Shown: positions 8,669-18,063 of the stretch, in pieces
How positions within the stretch are numbered: position 1 is the stretch's first letter
How the letters are laid out: each line of letters opens with the position of its first letter
DNA from: Candidatus Micrarchaeota archaeon
GTDB taxonomy: Archaea > Micrarchaeota > Micrarchaeia > Anstonellales > Bilamarchaeaceae
Direction: 5' to 3'
Assembly (NCBI GenBank): GCA_964588555.1
Contig: CAZPPT010000006.1
Span: 12,092 to 76,091 of the forward strand
DNA length: 64,000 nucleotides
The notes under the pieces: model-generated
Seen by the model: the letters and a program-made list of their open reading frames with translations, nothing else
Told to the model about the DNA's origin: nothing
Databases searched by the model: none
Program-made: the position numbers and the translations under genes

Positions 8669-9020
8669 CGGGCCCATAGCTCAGTCCCGCCTTTTCAAAA
8701 AAGGCGGCCCAAAACCGTCTTGTTAGGGGCTGGGAGCAACTTGGTAGAGCGATGGACTCTTAGCTTTCGGAGAAATGCGCTTAACGAAAACGTTTTTGCC
8801 CGCCTTTTCCAAAAAGCGGAAATCCATGTGTCGAGAGTTCAAGTCTAGCCCTTTTCTTAAAAAGAAAAGGTCTAGTACCCCAAAAGAAACGGCTGTTTTC
8901 TATTTTGGGCACTTTTTAGAAACTGATGACGGACTTTTCTGTTTTTCGGGCTCGCCCTTTTTCCACATGAGAAAGGCGCAAGATTCTAAAAAGGGCGAAA
9001 GAACCAATCTCTCTGGGCCC
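8669..9020 (+). tRNA. tRNA-Lys(CUU) with three introns: D-loop (8685-8739), canonical 37/38 (8762-8820), and T-loop/T-stem (8844-9007)
   Basis: The four exons are GGGCCCATAGCTCAGT, TTGGTAGAGCGATGGACTCTTA, ATCCATGTGTCGAGAGTTCAAGT and CTCTCTGGGCCCG. They fold to a 7-bp acceptor, D stem GCTC/GAGC, anticodon stem ATGGA/TCCAT, loop CUCUUAA, T stem GAGAG/CTCTC, discriminator G and then TTTT. Confidence 0.7.
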
Positions 9021-9032
9021 GTTTTATCTTAT
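9021..9032 (+). terminator. Oligo-T terminator after tRNA-Lys
   Basis: TTTTATCTTATTTTTGTTTTATTTT run immediately 3' of the discriminator. Confidence 0.4.
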
Positions 9033-9072
9033 TTTTGTTTTATTTTATATAAAATTATGTTTTATAAACTGT

Positions 9073-10128
9073 TTGTTCCATATTATTTTCATGTCTACCT
9101 TACGTTCACGGCAGTATGACCTGGTATTTCATAACGGCATCATAACGCCTAAAAACCGCGTGCCATTTCGCCTGGCACGTATCCCAGTACACGGAAATCG
9201 CCTTGAAGAGAGCATACTGGTACACCCCCGTTATGTCCCCACGGGGACAAAACACGAAATTGTTCGGTTGCATGGTTTTTCCCTTGGCCGCGTGATATAC
9301 GTTATCCTCGATGAGCCAATTAAAATCGGTGAAAAAGAATATTTCTTCCTTAGCATAAAGGGTACTGGTGCTGATATTTCCCATACTACGAAAACAACTA
9401 GAAAACGACGGTTGCTCGCAATCGATCCTGGTAAACAGCCCTACACCCCTTCAGCTGAAGTCGTTTTTCCAATTACGCGCTCTGACTATTGGCAGCGTAT
9501 CTGGGGCGGCCTTGATCTGGAAGCGGCCCATCTTGAGTTTCAGAAAGCACAATTTTTAATTGATTGCGGGCTTCCATTTAGCCCGCATCTTTCGGTCAAT
9601 CCATTCCCGCGGGAAGTCAATAATGCCATTGCACAACAAAACGGACAGTCGCCCCTTTCAGACTACGCTGAGTCATTTGCCGAGCTTGTCCGCGCAGTTG
9701 CATGCCCCATCCGGCTTCAACCTCAGTTTTACCGTAACGTTTCGGATTTTGTTCGTAGGCCGTACTTATCTACTATTGCAGCGGCAGATGCACAATTTGT
9801 CAAGCTTGTCCTTCTGCTTGCTGCGGCCGGCACCCGCCTTGTTTATCATGGGGTTTTTTCACACAATCGTTACCTTGACGGCACATTTACTGATGCTGAG
9901 AACTTCCATCTTGAACCCTTGGTTGATAAACAAAAGGACACCCCTATCAGTTCGCTTATTTATGATACGTTCCAACTGCTATCCGATTGTTTGGATTATC
10001 AGGCTGCATGCTACTATGTCGTGCAGCTTTATCATCATCTGGATGTCATTTCTAGGCCGACGGATGAGGTAGGTGAACTGGTTTTAGGCCTTCGTAACGT
10101 TTATCGTTCGGTTGCACGGGAGACTTAA
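9073..10128 (+). CDS. Hypothetical protein
   Basis: 351-aa ORF with normal composition. No confident motif. Confidence 0.45.
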   Translation: MFHIIFMSTLRSRQYDLVFHNGIITPKNRVPFRLARIPVHGNRLEESILVHPRYVPTGTKHEIVRLHGFSLGRVIYVILDEPIKIGEKEYFFLSIKGTGADISHTTKTTRKRRLLAIDPGKQPYTPSAEVVFPITRSDYWQRIWGGLDLEAAHLEFQKAQFLIDCGLPFSPHLSVNPFPREVNNAIAQQNGQSPLSDYAESFAELVRAVACPIRLQPQFYRNVSDFVRRPYLSTIAAADAQFVKLVLLLAAAGTRLVYHGVFSHNRYLDGTFTDAENFHLEPLVDKQKDTPISSLIYDTFQLLSDCLDYQAACYYVVQLYHHLDVISRPTDEVGELVLGLRNVYRSVARET

Positions 10129-10600
10129 ACCTTGCGCAACTTATTGCCTTAAAAATACTAATATTTACTATATTTTTATAGCCCCGTCGTATAGTAAACT
10201 TTTTAGGAAAAAGTTTTGACAGCATGGCAAAAAAATGCTGTCAAATTTTGACGCGAATACGCGCCAAAGTTTAATCAAAAACTGGCTCGCTAAAAAGTTT
10301 CTACACTGGTCAAGTATGCGAGGTTCTGGTTCTATCTATGCCAGAATGGCTAAACCGTGCCAATTGCTTGTGGTTTGGCATAGCTAGAGGAGATCCCTTG
10401 TGACATCGGTTCGAAAGCCATTACTTTTGACTTTGAAAACCAAATGGCAAAAGTAAAGGCCTTGGTCAAAAGCCCTGCAGCTTTAACTATCCCAAAACGG
10501 GAAACTGGAAACGCAGGACTGACTTTTCCGGTCGGGGCTATATTTTTATTTATTCCCTTCCATAAGATGTAGTTTTATTTTTACTGCTTTTGGTGTACTC

Positions 10601-11008
10601 ATGCGCTTTGATGAAGAACTTAAAAAGAGGGTAGAGGGGGAGTCCTGGGAATACATCGCGCAGCTTGGCTCATTGTTCGTGATCGAGTTCGATACGGATA
10701 CCAAGGTTACACGAAAGCTAAAAAAAGAGCTTTCAGTCATAAAACACATCATTTGCGGGCACCTTAACAACGGCGGCGCCGAGCGTTTCATCACGCCGGC
10801 CCTCTTCGTACGCCTTGTGCAGGCGATACTTAAGTTTGAAAAAGATTTTGAGAAACATAATATACGCAGGAAGGAATTCCTTGTGTTCCTCCGGGCTCTT
10901 TTACATAAGCTCAAAAAGGAAAAATTGCATGCAAGTAAGCCGCTTGAGCGGGAGATGACGTTTAAGAAAATGAAAGATATTATGGAGAATGGTAATGGAC
11001 ATCTATAA
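10601..11008 (+). CDS. Hypothetical protein
   Basis: 135-aa ORF co-directional with the downstream pgi-like gene. The competing minus-strand ORF looks compositionally poor. Confidence 0.35.
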   Translation: MRFDEELKKRVEGESWEYIAQLGSLFVIEFDTDTKVTRKLKKELSVIKHIICGHLNNGGAERFITPALFVRLVQAILKFEKDFEKHNIRRKEFLVFLRALLHKLKKEKLHASKPLEREMTFKKMKDIMENGNGHL

Positions 11009-11699
11009 AACACCGGTTAAGATCGAATTGATGGAAAAAGATTTACACGTAAATGGGACAATGCATCCGCACGCAGTCCGCACGCTCGCCCAGATGTCGG
11101 ATGTGCTTCGTACTGCAAGTGCGCTTTCAGATCGGCCACTTTATTACATGTATCGGGCCGTTTATTCACGCGCCCCCCTTCGCTATGACATTACGTATGT
11201 CCCCGCGGCCTTTATCGGTTCCGAATACGTAAAAACGTATGGTCACTACCATCCAATTGCCCCCGACGGGCTTGCGTATCCTGAAGCATACCAGGTGCTT
11301 GCGGGCGAGGCATTATTTCTCCTTCAGAAAAAAGAATCGCACGGTATTTCGGTGCTTCTTGTCGAAGCAAAGGAAAAGGAGGTAGTGCTTTTCCCCCCTG
11401 GCTATGGTCATGTGAGCATCAATCCGGGCAAAAAGGACCTTCTTCTTGCAAACATTGTTTCGGACAGTTTCAAAAGCGATTACAGCGAGTATAAGAAAAA
11501 TCGCGGTGCCGCATGCTATTATACTACGCGGGGCGTGGTGAAAAACGTCCTTTACAAAAACACCACGGTCGAGCGCATCTCTGCACTAGACCTCAATGCG
11601 CGCTATCATTTCGTTTCTGATGACTTACTGGCCGAACTTCATTCTAACCCGAAAAAGTTTGAGTTTTTGGAGAAGCCGAGTCTGCTTTTTAGGAAATGA
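10989..11699 (+). CDS. pgiA: Cupin-type glucose-6-phosphate isomerase (archaeal cPGI)
   Basis: TYGHYHP and FPPGYGHVSINPG motifs, the cupin metal-site pattern of Pyrococcus-type PGI. Confidence 0.6.
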   Translation: MVMDIYKTPVKIELMEKDLHVNGTMHPHAVRTLAQMSDVLRTASALSDRPLYYMYRAVYSRAPLRYDITYVPAAFIGSEYVKTYGHYHPIAPDGLAYPEAYQVLAGEALFLLQKKESHGISVLLVEAKEKEVVLFPPGYGHVSINPGKKDLLLANIVSDSFKSDYSEYKKNRGAACYYTTRGVVKNVLYKNTTVERISALDLNARYHFVSDDLLAELHSNPKKFEFLEKPSLLFRK

Positions 11700-11781
11700 G
11701 GGGGCATATGCGATTTTATCTAAGCGTCTTGCGCCAGTACATTTCACTTGACCATGAAATCACAAAAGCAGATAGACCGAC

Positions 11782-11802
11782 GGCGTTTGTGCCGTTTCGG
11801 AA
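11782..11802. repeat. 20-bp direct repeat GGC(G)TTTGTGCCGTTTCGGAA (copy 1) flanking the hicBA cassette
   Basis: An exact 17-bp core TTTGTGCCGTTTCGGAA recurs at 12327-12346. The core contains the palindrome CCGTTTCGG. Confidence 0.5.
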
Positions 11803-11846
11803 AAATTGACCTAAAACCATATGCTTAAATTTCTTCATAGGCATAA

Positions 11847-12083
11847 TTGTATGGTGAACACATGAAGAAAAGTTTTCATATTGTCTTAGAAAAGCAGGAT
11901 GAAGGTGGCTACACCGTATACGTACCAGAACTTCCTGGTTGCATTTCACAAGGAGAAACAGAAAAAGAGGCGCTTGAAAACATTAAAGAAGCTACTGAAC
12001 TCTATTTAGAAGAACTAAATGCATCCCAAATGGAAAATACTTTAAAGCGAATTAAAGTTATCGAACCTCATGCAAGCTTGTGA
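11847..12083 (+). CDS. hicB: HicB-family antitoxin (UPF0150)
   Basis: HIVLEKQDEGGYTVYVPELPGCISQGETEKEALENIKEA, the canonical HicB N-terminal domain. Confidence 0.7.
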   Translation: MYGEHMKKSFHIVLEKQDEGGYTVYVPELPGCISQGETEKEALENIKEATELYLEELNASQMENTLKRIKVIEPHASL

Positions 12084-12303
12084 TTTTATGAAACTTCCAA
12101 CAGATGTCAGTGGTTGGGAGCTTGCAAAGATCGCAGTGCGTTTAGGTTTTGAAATACGTCGCCAAAAAGGAAGTCACCTTATTCTGAAAAAAGGAGAAAA
12201 ACTGCTTGTTATTCCTCAGCATAAAACCTTAAAGAAGGGTACCCTTTTACAAATTCTAAAAACAATGGAACTATCAAGAGAAGACCTTGAAAAGTTGCTT
12301 TAA
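12070..12303 (+). CDS. hicA: HicA-family mRNA interferase toxin
   Basis: GWELAKIAVRLGFEIRRQKGSHLIL...VIPQHKTLKKGTLLQILK, the YcfA/HicA fold motif. Overlaps hicB by 14 nt. Confidence 0.7.
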   Translation: MQACDFMKLPTDVSGWELAKIAVRLGFEIRRQKGSHLILKKGEKLLVIPQHKTLKKGTLLQILKTMELSREDLEKLL

Positions 12304-12326
12304 TCTGCTTTCAGATTCAGTTAACC

Positions 12327-12346
12327 GGCTTTGTGCCGTTTCGGAA
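12327..12346. repeat. 20-bp direct repeat (copy 2) flanking the hicBA cassette
   Basis: Same as 11782-11802. Itself flanked by the CAGTTAAC inverted repeat. Confidence 0.5.
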
Positions 12347-12506
12347 CAGTTAACTTTCCTTCTTTTCCTCAATGAATCATTTCCATAGTTTTTTATAGAC
12401 TATGCGCTTGCCTTCTATCCTTTCTTCCCCTTCAATATCCTTGGTAATAATGGGCAACTCGTTTTTGCTTCCGTTTTGTAACTATATCGTTTTTTCAGAA
12501 AACTAT

Positions 12507-15215
12507 TTATAGCTCAACCATTTCAACTTTCTGCGCTTTACCTGAAGCTAAATGCTCGTTTCCGCCGCCATTTCCGCCAAGTCTGGAAAGCACGTTCTTA
12601 AGAAGTTCATTTGCCTTGTATTTTGAGTTCTTGCCCGTAGCACATACGACATTTCCCTGTTTGTTCATAAGTACTGCAGCACTGTCATCGCTGTCAACGA
12701 CCTTTCCGCCAATTTTCTTGAGCGCGTCAGGACTTATATCAAGGATCCGCATTGCTACTTTTTCTTTTCCGTGTTTGATGATTTCGTGCGCCTCGTCATC
12801 AATCAACCTTCCAGTAAGCGTCTCGATCGTTTTGCGCTGTTCCTTCCATTCGGTAAAGAACCGTTCAACCGTCCTCGGTAGTTCGGTTTCGCCCACCATT
12901 AATTTGCCCGCAGTCTCCCGCAACAGCGCTTCGCGTTCCTGCATGTACTGAATAGCAACATCTCCGCATTTATAGGTCAGCCGTTCGATGCCGTCCTGGA
13001 TGCTTTCGCGTTTGACGATCTTGAATGCGCCGATTTCGCCTGTCGTTTTAAGCATATGGTGCGTTCCGCCGCATGCCTCGCTGTCTACTTCGCCCATGCT
13101 TACGACCCGAAGCTCCTTTCCGGGCACCGCCCCTCCCTGGTAGAGCGTAAAACCGTAGGTCTGTTCAGCCTGTATGCGTGGCAGCACCTCTACCTTGATC
13201 GGCATGTTTGCAAGGATAAATCGGTTTACCAGCAACTCGATTTTATCTACTTCTTCTTGCGTAATTTTACGGTAATGCGTAATGTCGAGGTGCGCACGTT
13301 CCTCATCCTTGTGCGAGCCGCCCTGCCATGCATGCCGCCCAAGCACGTGCCTGCATGCCGCAGTAACTAAATGGGTTGCGCTGTGGTGGCGCGTAATTGC
13401 CCTTCTCCGTGCAAAGTCAACTGTGCCAGTTACCTTTTGCCCTTTCCTGAATTTCCTTGGGTCAGCAACCTCATGAAGGACTACGCCTGCTTCTTTGGTT
13501 GTGTTTGTAACTGCAGCTTCGTTTAGCTTCCCCGTATCTCCAACCTGCCCCCCGCCTTCAGGGTAAAATGCAGTTTGGTCAAGGACGACGTGATTGCCAA
13601 CTACGCCCAGTACCTGTGCAGTAAATGTTTCCTTTTCAGTATAATAGAGCTGCTTTGTCTTTGGCATATCTGAGACGTCAAGTGCGCTTTTCTTTTTTTC
13701 CTGGACGCCCTCCTCTTTTCCCCGTACGAGGGAATAGAAGTTGCCGGGCATCTCGACCTCCACATCGTTCTCGCGTGCCGCCTCGACCACCGAGTCGGGG
13801 GGTATGCCGTTACTTTTGTAAAGCGTAAATAGTTCATCAGCGGTGATCCTCCCATTTCCCCCCGCCCGCTCCTTAAGCGGTGCCTGTCCGCCTGTGCCCT
13901 TTGCCTTTTTGATGATATTGACCACAATGCTTCGTGCCTTTTCCTTTGTTGCGCCGTATCTTTTTCGTTCTTCTTCGATCACTGCAAGCGTTGTGCCGAC
14001 ACCTTCATTGAGGTGGGGAAACATGTATTCAAGATGCCTTGCATGGCCCGTAAGGATCCGTTCGAAGTCAAGGTCGAATTTGTATTTTTCCTCAAACCCA
14101 AATACGCGCCGCAAAATCATCCGCAGGTTGTATCCTCCCCCTGCATTGCTTGGGAGCATGCCGTCGGTAACGGTAAACAAAAGGGTAAGCAGGTGGTCTG
14201 CGCTTGCATACAATGCTTGTAATGGGTCAAGTGCATTAAACAATTCTTCTTTGGAAACTCCCAGCATCTTTGCAACCCGCCTTTTCTCAGCTTCAAGGTC
14301 GCCGACCTCATCCTCATTAAGTGAGCCTGAAATTTTTGCATATCTGAGGAACAGGTCACGGTCAATGTCAACCTCATTTGCTTTTTTCATTTCCTTTATG
14401 ACGTCGCCAAACACGACCTCATAACTTGTCGGGTCGCCATTTGTGATCCATGCTAACCTGCTCAATCCGGCGCCCATATCGATTACTTTTGTTTTCAGTT
14501 CCCGGTATCCTGTTTCGAGAACCTCGTATTGCATAAACACGCAGTTGCCAAGCTCCAGGCCGCGTACAAAGTATTCCATGCTTGGGCCGAAATTCCCCCC
14601 GCCGTTCCAGACATCTTCAATAAACACGAGCTCGCTTTCAGGTATGCCAAGCTGCTTTAGGTACGCGATGTCATGTTCAATTGCCTCGTTTTTCCAGTAG
14701 AACAGCCCTGTTTTTTGGTTGTTAAAAGCGAGTTGGCCGACCATGACAAAATTTGTATAATGCCGCCCGCTCACGCCGACGTTGCTCACGTCCCCGAATC
14801 GGATGCACGGCTGTGGGACAATTACGGGGTTTGCCGGCGGGTCCAGTTCCCCCGTAACCACATACGGCTGGAAATCATTGATGCTTGCAATGGTGAAGTA
14901 CAGGTCATCGCGCCATCGTGCAACTGTTGGATACGGCCTTACATAGCCGTGCCCTGTTTTCTTGAAGTATTTTTCAATAACCTTCCAGGTATCCACATAG
15001 CCCAGTTTCTTTTTTACCGGCGTATCCCCGATAAACTGGTAGCCGATGCAGCCAGGATCGCCACAGTGCTTCCGCTCTTCAATACTCCAGAAGTTGCGTG
15101 CGCACTTCTCACATTTTCTTCGCTTAAATGAACGATTTTCCAGGCATTCCAACCTGTAGTGCTTCTGCCAGTCCTTTGCAAACTGGGCGCGTAATTCGTC
15201 TTTATTGATTTCCAT
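12507..15215 (-). CDS. alaS: Alanyl-tRNA synthetase, archaeal type
   Basis: VARWRDDLYFTIASINDFQP...PQPCIRFGDVSNVG archaeal catalytic core. Editing-domain HSATHL and CxxxH. C-terminal GGNGGG. Confidence 0.9.
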   Translation of the reverse strand: MEINKDELRAQFAKDWQKHYRLECLENRSFKRRKCEKCARNFWSIEERKHCGDPGCIGYQFIGDTPVKKKLGYVDTWKVIEKYFKKTGHGYVRPYPTVARWRDDLYFTIASINDFQPYVVTGELDPPANPVIVPQPCIRFGDVSNVGVSGRHYTNFVMVGQLAFNNQKTGLFYWKNEAIEHDIAYLKQLGIPESELVFIEDVWNGGGNFGPSMEYFVRGLELGNCVFMQYEVLETGYRELKTKVIDMGAGLSRLAWITNGDPTSYEVVFGDVIKEMKKANEVDIDRDLFLRYAKISGSLNEDEVGDLEAEKRRVAKMLGVSKEELFNALDPLQALYASADHLLTLLFTVTDGMLPSNAGGGYNLRMILRRVFGFEEKYKFDLDFERILTGHARHLEYMFPHLNEGVGTTLAVIEEERKRYGATKEKARSIVVNIIKKAKGTGGQAPLKERAGGNGRITADELFTLYKSNGIPPDSVVEAARENDVEVEMPGNFYSLVRGKEEGVQEKKKSALDVSDMPKTKQLYYTEKETFTAQVLGVVGNHVVLDQTAFYPEGGGQVGDTGKLNEAAVTNTTKEAGVVLHEVADPRKFRKGQKVTGTVDFARRRAITRHHSATHLVTAACRHVLGRHAWQGGSHKDEERAHLDITHYRKITQEEVDKIELLVNRFILANMPIKVEVLPRIQAEQTYGFTLYQGGAVPGKELRVVSMGEVDSEACGGTHHMLKTTGEIGAFKIVKRESIQDGIERLTYKCGDVAIQYMQEREALLRETAGKLMVGETELPRTVERFFTEWKEQRKTIETLTGRLIDDEAHEIIKHGKEKVAMRILDISPDALKKIGGKVVDSDDSAAVLMNKQGNVVCATGKNSKYKANELLKNVLSRLGGNGGGNEHLASGKAQKVEMVEL

Positions 15216-15223
15216 GGGGATAC

Positions 15224-16096
15224 CTAAATTACGTTTTTATAATACTCTTCATAATCAGCTTTTAATCCCTTATGGAGGGGCGTAAATGCAATGCCATGTT
15301 CTTTTAGTTTTTGATTGGAGCAGAAAAAGTTTTCATTTGCAAATGGAAACTCGTTTTCATTAAACTGCGCGCCATCTGTGTTTGGGTTATATTGTACGAG
15401 CGGCGTAACGCCCACGGTCTTTGCCATCTCATGAACAAGCCCGTTAAGGGTAATCGCCCCATCACCTGCGCAGTTATATGCCCCCTTGATTTTTTTCTCC
15501 GCCAAGAGGGCTAGTGACCGCACAACATCCTGCACGAAAACAAACTGTACAACCGCATTTCCATTGCCCGGAAGAACGATCCTCTCATGCCGTTTCAACT
15601 TCCCATAAATAAACCGCTCGCGTTCGACGTAATTGTTCGCACCAAGGATGTATACCGGCCGAAGCGTAGCGTACTCCACACCGCTTTTCTCCAAGACTCG
15701 TTCGCACGCTACCTTTCCTTCATTGTATGCTCCCCATACCGGCCACTGCCCAAGCGGCGAGTTTTCGGTGAGCGGAAACACCTCGCTTTTTGCGTATGAG
15801 GCAGCGGTCCCGACATTGACGAAAAAATCAAAATCAAGCTCACCAAGTGCCCGCTCTGTTTGTTCGCCGCCGTATGCACAGGTATCAATGACTGCATCAA
15901 AATGACCTTCGACGGAGAAGCCGCTGTCTCGGTCGCCTTTGATGTGTGTAACTTCCTTTGGGTAGTCAACTTTATGCGTGCCCCGGTTGAAAACGGTAAT
16001 GGCATGTCCGTTTGCGATAAGTGCGTCAATGAGGCGCGGCCCGATGAAGCGGGAGCCGCCTATGATAAGAATGTCCATATGCGTTATTTTTGGCAT
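15224..16096 (-). CDS. NAD-dependent epimerase/dehydratase (SDR family)
   Basis: Rossmann motif ILIIGGSRFIGPRL and a YxxxK-type SDR fold. Confidence 0.75.
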   Translation of the reverse strand: MPKITHMDILIIGGSRFIGPRLIDALIANGHAITVFNRGTHKVDYPKEVTHIKGDRDSGFSVEGHFDAVIDTCAYGGEQTERALGELDFDFFVNVGTAASYAKSEVFPLTENSPLGQWPVWGAYNEGKVACERVLEKSGVEYATLRPVYILGANNYVERERFIYGKLKRHERIVLPGNGNAVVQFVFVQDVVRSLALLAEKKIKGAYNCAGDGAITLNGLVHEMAKTVGVTPLVQYNPNTDGAQFNENEFPFANENFFCSNQKLKEHGIAFTPLHKGLKADYEEYYKNVI

Positions 16097-16165
16097 TATA
16101 AATAAAAACGCAACCTATCCCTGCTTTTAATAACATTTATAAACATCCTTTGACATAATTAATCC

Positions 16166-17233
16166 ATGACCACACGGAACACGTTTCGAAGCACGAGCGT
16201 AGCCCATGCGCGGGCAATTTTTGGACGCGTTTCCTGTAGCTATGCCACGTGGGGGACAAGGCGTTTGCCCCTTGCCGAGGATCCCTCCACACGCCGCTTG
16301 TTCATACGGCACGCCATACGGCTTGGCGAATTTATGAGCCGGCTTAGTGTAGATAAGGATCGTCGGAGCATCGAAATTGTTGCAGTGTATCACCCCGATT
16401 TTGCGACCGCAGCGCGTGCCCTTGGGATTCTCAAGAACGACATGGATTCCTGCGCCAATATTGCGCAGCGATCAGGGCATTACCATATTCGATTAGCTGC
16501 ACTTCAGTCACTCGCATCACATCCAGAACGACTTTCGGTCATTGCACGTACCTCGCGAGACGTGCCGACAGCGCTTGCAGCGCTTGGCTTATGCACCAGC
16601 GAGGGGGTAAAAGTTGTGTATGCATGTACTGCAAGCGAAGTGACCCATGAAGAAAAAGACGCCGCCTTACCGGAAGTGCGCCGCTCAGCCCTCGCCCGCA
16701 TTGCACGAGATGTTCATCATTTGTCAGTAACCGGTGAGCGTGACCGGGCGCTTCTTACGAGAATCTTTATGCTTTTTCCGGATATGCGTGACAATGTGAT
16801 GGCAAAGGTACATGAGGCTCCGGATAAATTTGATTCACTCTTTTGGCACGCCGCGTATAGTCCTGATCCTGCATTTAGGAAGATGGTCCTTGACAAACTT
16901 GGGAAAAACGAATTGACATGCGCGTATTTTATCCATTATTTTATTGGTACTGCCCATAAGGGCGAGAAAGGATACGAAAGTTCAATTAGGCATATGGCGG
17001 ATTCCATTAACCTTCTTTATTTCAGTAATGATTGTGCCGTACTTACAGCAGTTGCCATGTATTCTACTGACCGGGAGAAGGCACTTGAGGCAGTCGACTT
17101 CCTTGGGGAAAGCCTCGCAGTACGTGGGCTCCAGCAAGTTGAGGCCGCCTCCCGTATGGCCGAAGTGCGCCTCTATGCCGCCGATGTCCTTGCCGATGTC
17201 AAAGCTATTGCCCATGGCAAGTCGTTCCCCTAA
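16166..17233 (+). CDS. HEAT/PBS-lyase-like repeat protein
   Basis: Repeated (D/E)xRxxAAxALxxI-type helical repeats, for example IRLAALQSLAS, VRRSALARIARD and VRLYAADVLADV. Confidence 0.5.
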   Translation: MTTRNTFRSTSVAHARAIFGRVSCSYATWGTRRLPLAEDPSTRRLFIRHAIRLGEFMSRLSVDKDRRSIEIVAVYHPDFATAARALGILKNDMDSCANIAQRSGHYHIRLAALQSLASHPERLSVIARTSRDVPTALAALGLCTSEGVKVVYACTASEVTHEEKDAALPEVRRSALARIARDVHHLSVTGERDRALLTRIFMLFPDMRDNVMAKVHEAPDKFDSLFWHAAYSPDPAFRKMVLDKLGKNELTCAYFIHYFIGTAHKGEKGYESSIRHMADSINLLYFSNDCAVLTAVAMYSTDREKALEAVDFLGESLAVRGLQQVEAASRMAEVRLYAADVLADVKAIAHGKSFP

Positions 17234-17423
17234 GGATACGGGGTTTCCAAGTAAAAAACGTAATTTTTATATGGCGGGAAATTTGCATTAATTGTATTTA
17301 CGATTTGAATAGTTGTGGCAATTCGGTAAAAACTTTATTTTATGTCTCGACTAAGTTATTACTAGGTTAAAGAAATTTTAACCTAATAGAAACATATAAA
17401 AACAGTCGCTTCGTTACATACCC

Positions 17424-18063
17424 ATGGATACTAAATTTGCACTCAAATACGGTCGGATTAAGCAAATCCTAAACGATGTGGCAGGATGCGCAGCGCAGCA
17501 ACTTGTATTGGTTGGGGGTACTGCACTTGCGCTTTTTTATCTTCATCATCGGGTCAGCGTTGATCTTGATTTGAAAAACTGGGTTCATACCCCGTTCTTG
17601 CAACGAAACCCAGTTTTTCAAAGTTGTGACCGAATGGGGCATACCCTGCCAGCTTGCTGCGGGATCCCTTCGGTCACATTGATTTTGTCCCCTTACAGGG
17701 AGATGACATACGACACAAGGAACTGCTCAAAGGTTGCCTGACAAAAAAGGGATACCGGACGATTGCAGGAAATTACAAAAACCAGTTTGTTGTACAGTTT
17801 GAAGATACGAGCATAAAGGTGGAGGTTTTTACCCCTACAAACACGATAAAAAATGTCTCTTAATTGAAGCATATGCAAATCGTAGGCACGTACGTGATTT
17901 ATACGACATTGTTTTTATTCTGAAAAATAACAAAAGCAATTTTGAGCGCATACAAAAACTCGTTACTATGTATGGCAAACCCAAAGCAGAGGAAGAGCTT
18001 GACCACCATATAGAAAACGACGATAACTATCAGTTCTTTAAGGATGTGATGAAGCATGTTTTC
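17424..18063 (+). pseudogene. AbiEii/DUF1814-family nucleotidyltransferase toxin gene, disrupted by a 120-bp element insertion plus frameshifts
   Basis: N-terminal LVGGTALALFYLHHRVSVDLDL is the AbiEii NTase motif. The reading frame breaks at the repeat insertion (17565-17686). The product resumes in two other frames, IDFVPLQGDDIRHKELLKG... and ...RRHVRDLYDIVFILKNNK (the RDLYD motif). Confidence 0.5.
17565..17686 (+). mobile_element. ~120-bp structured repeat (MITE-like), copy A, inserted within the AbiEii pseudogene
   Basis: About 90% identical to 37406-37528. Internal long hairpins AAAAACTGGGTT/AACCCAGTTTTT and TGTGACCGAATGGGG/CCCTTCGGTCACA. Ends TTGATTTG...ATTGATT. Confidence 0.5.

Noticed and set aside
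8775-9119. 114-aa ORF on the plus strand
   Set aside because: It lies almost entirely inside the third intron and 3' exon of tRNA-Lys. The composition is poor. Treated as spurious.
10546-11013. 155-aa minus-strand ORF
   Set aside because: It overlaps the plus-strand ORF 10601-11008, which has more protein-like composition and is co-directional with pgi. Either could be wrong, since this intergenic region is unusual.
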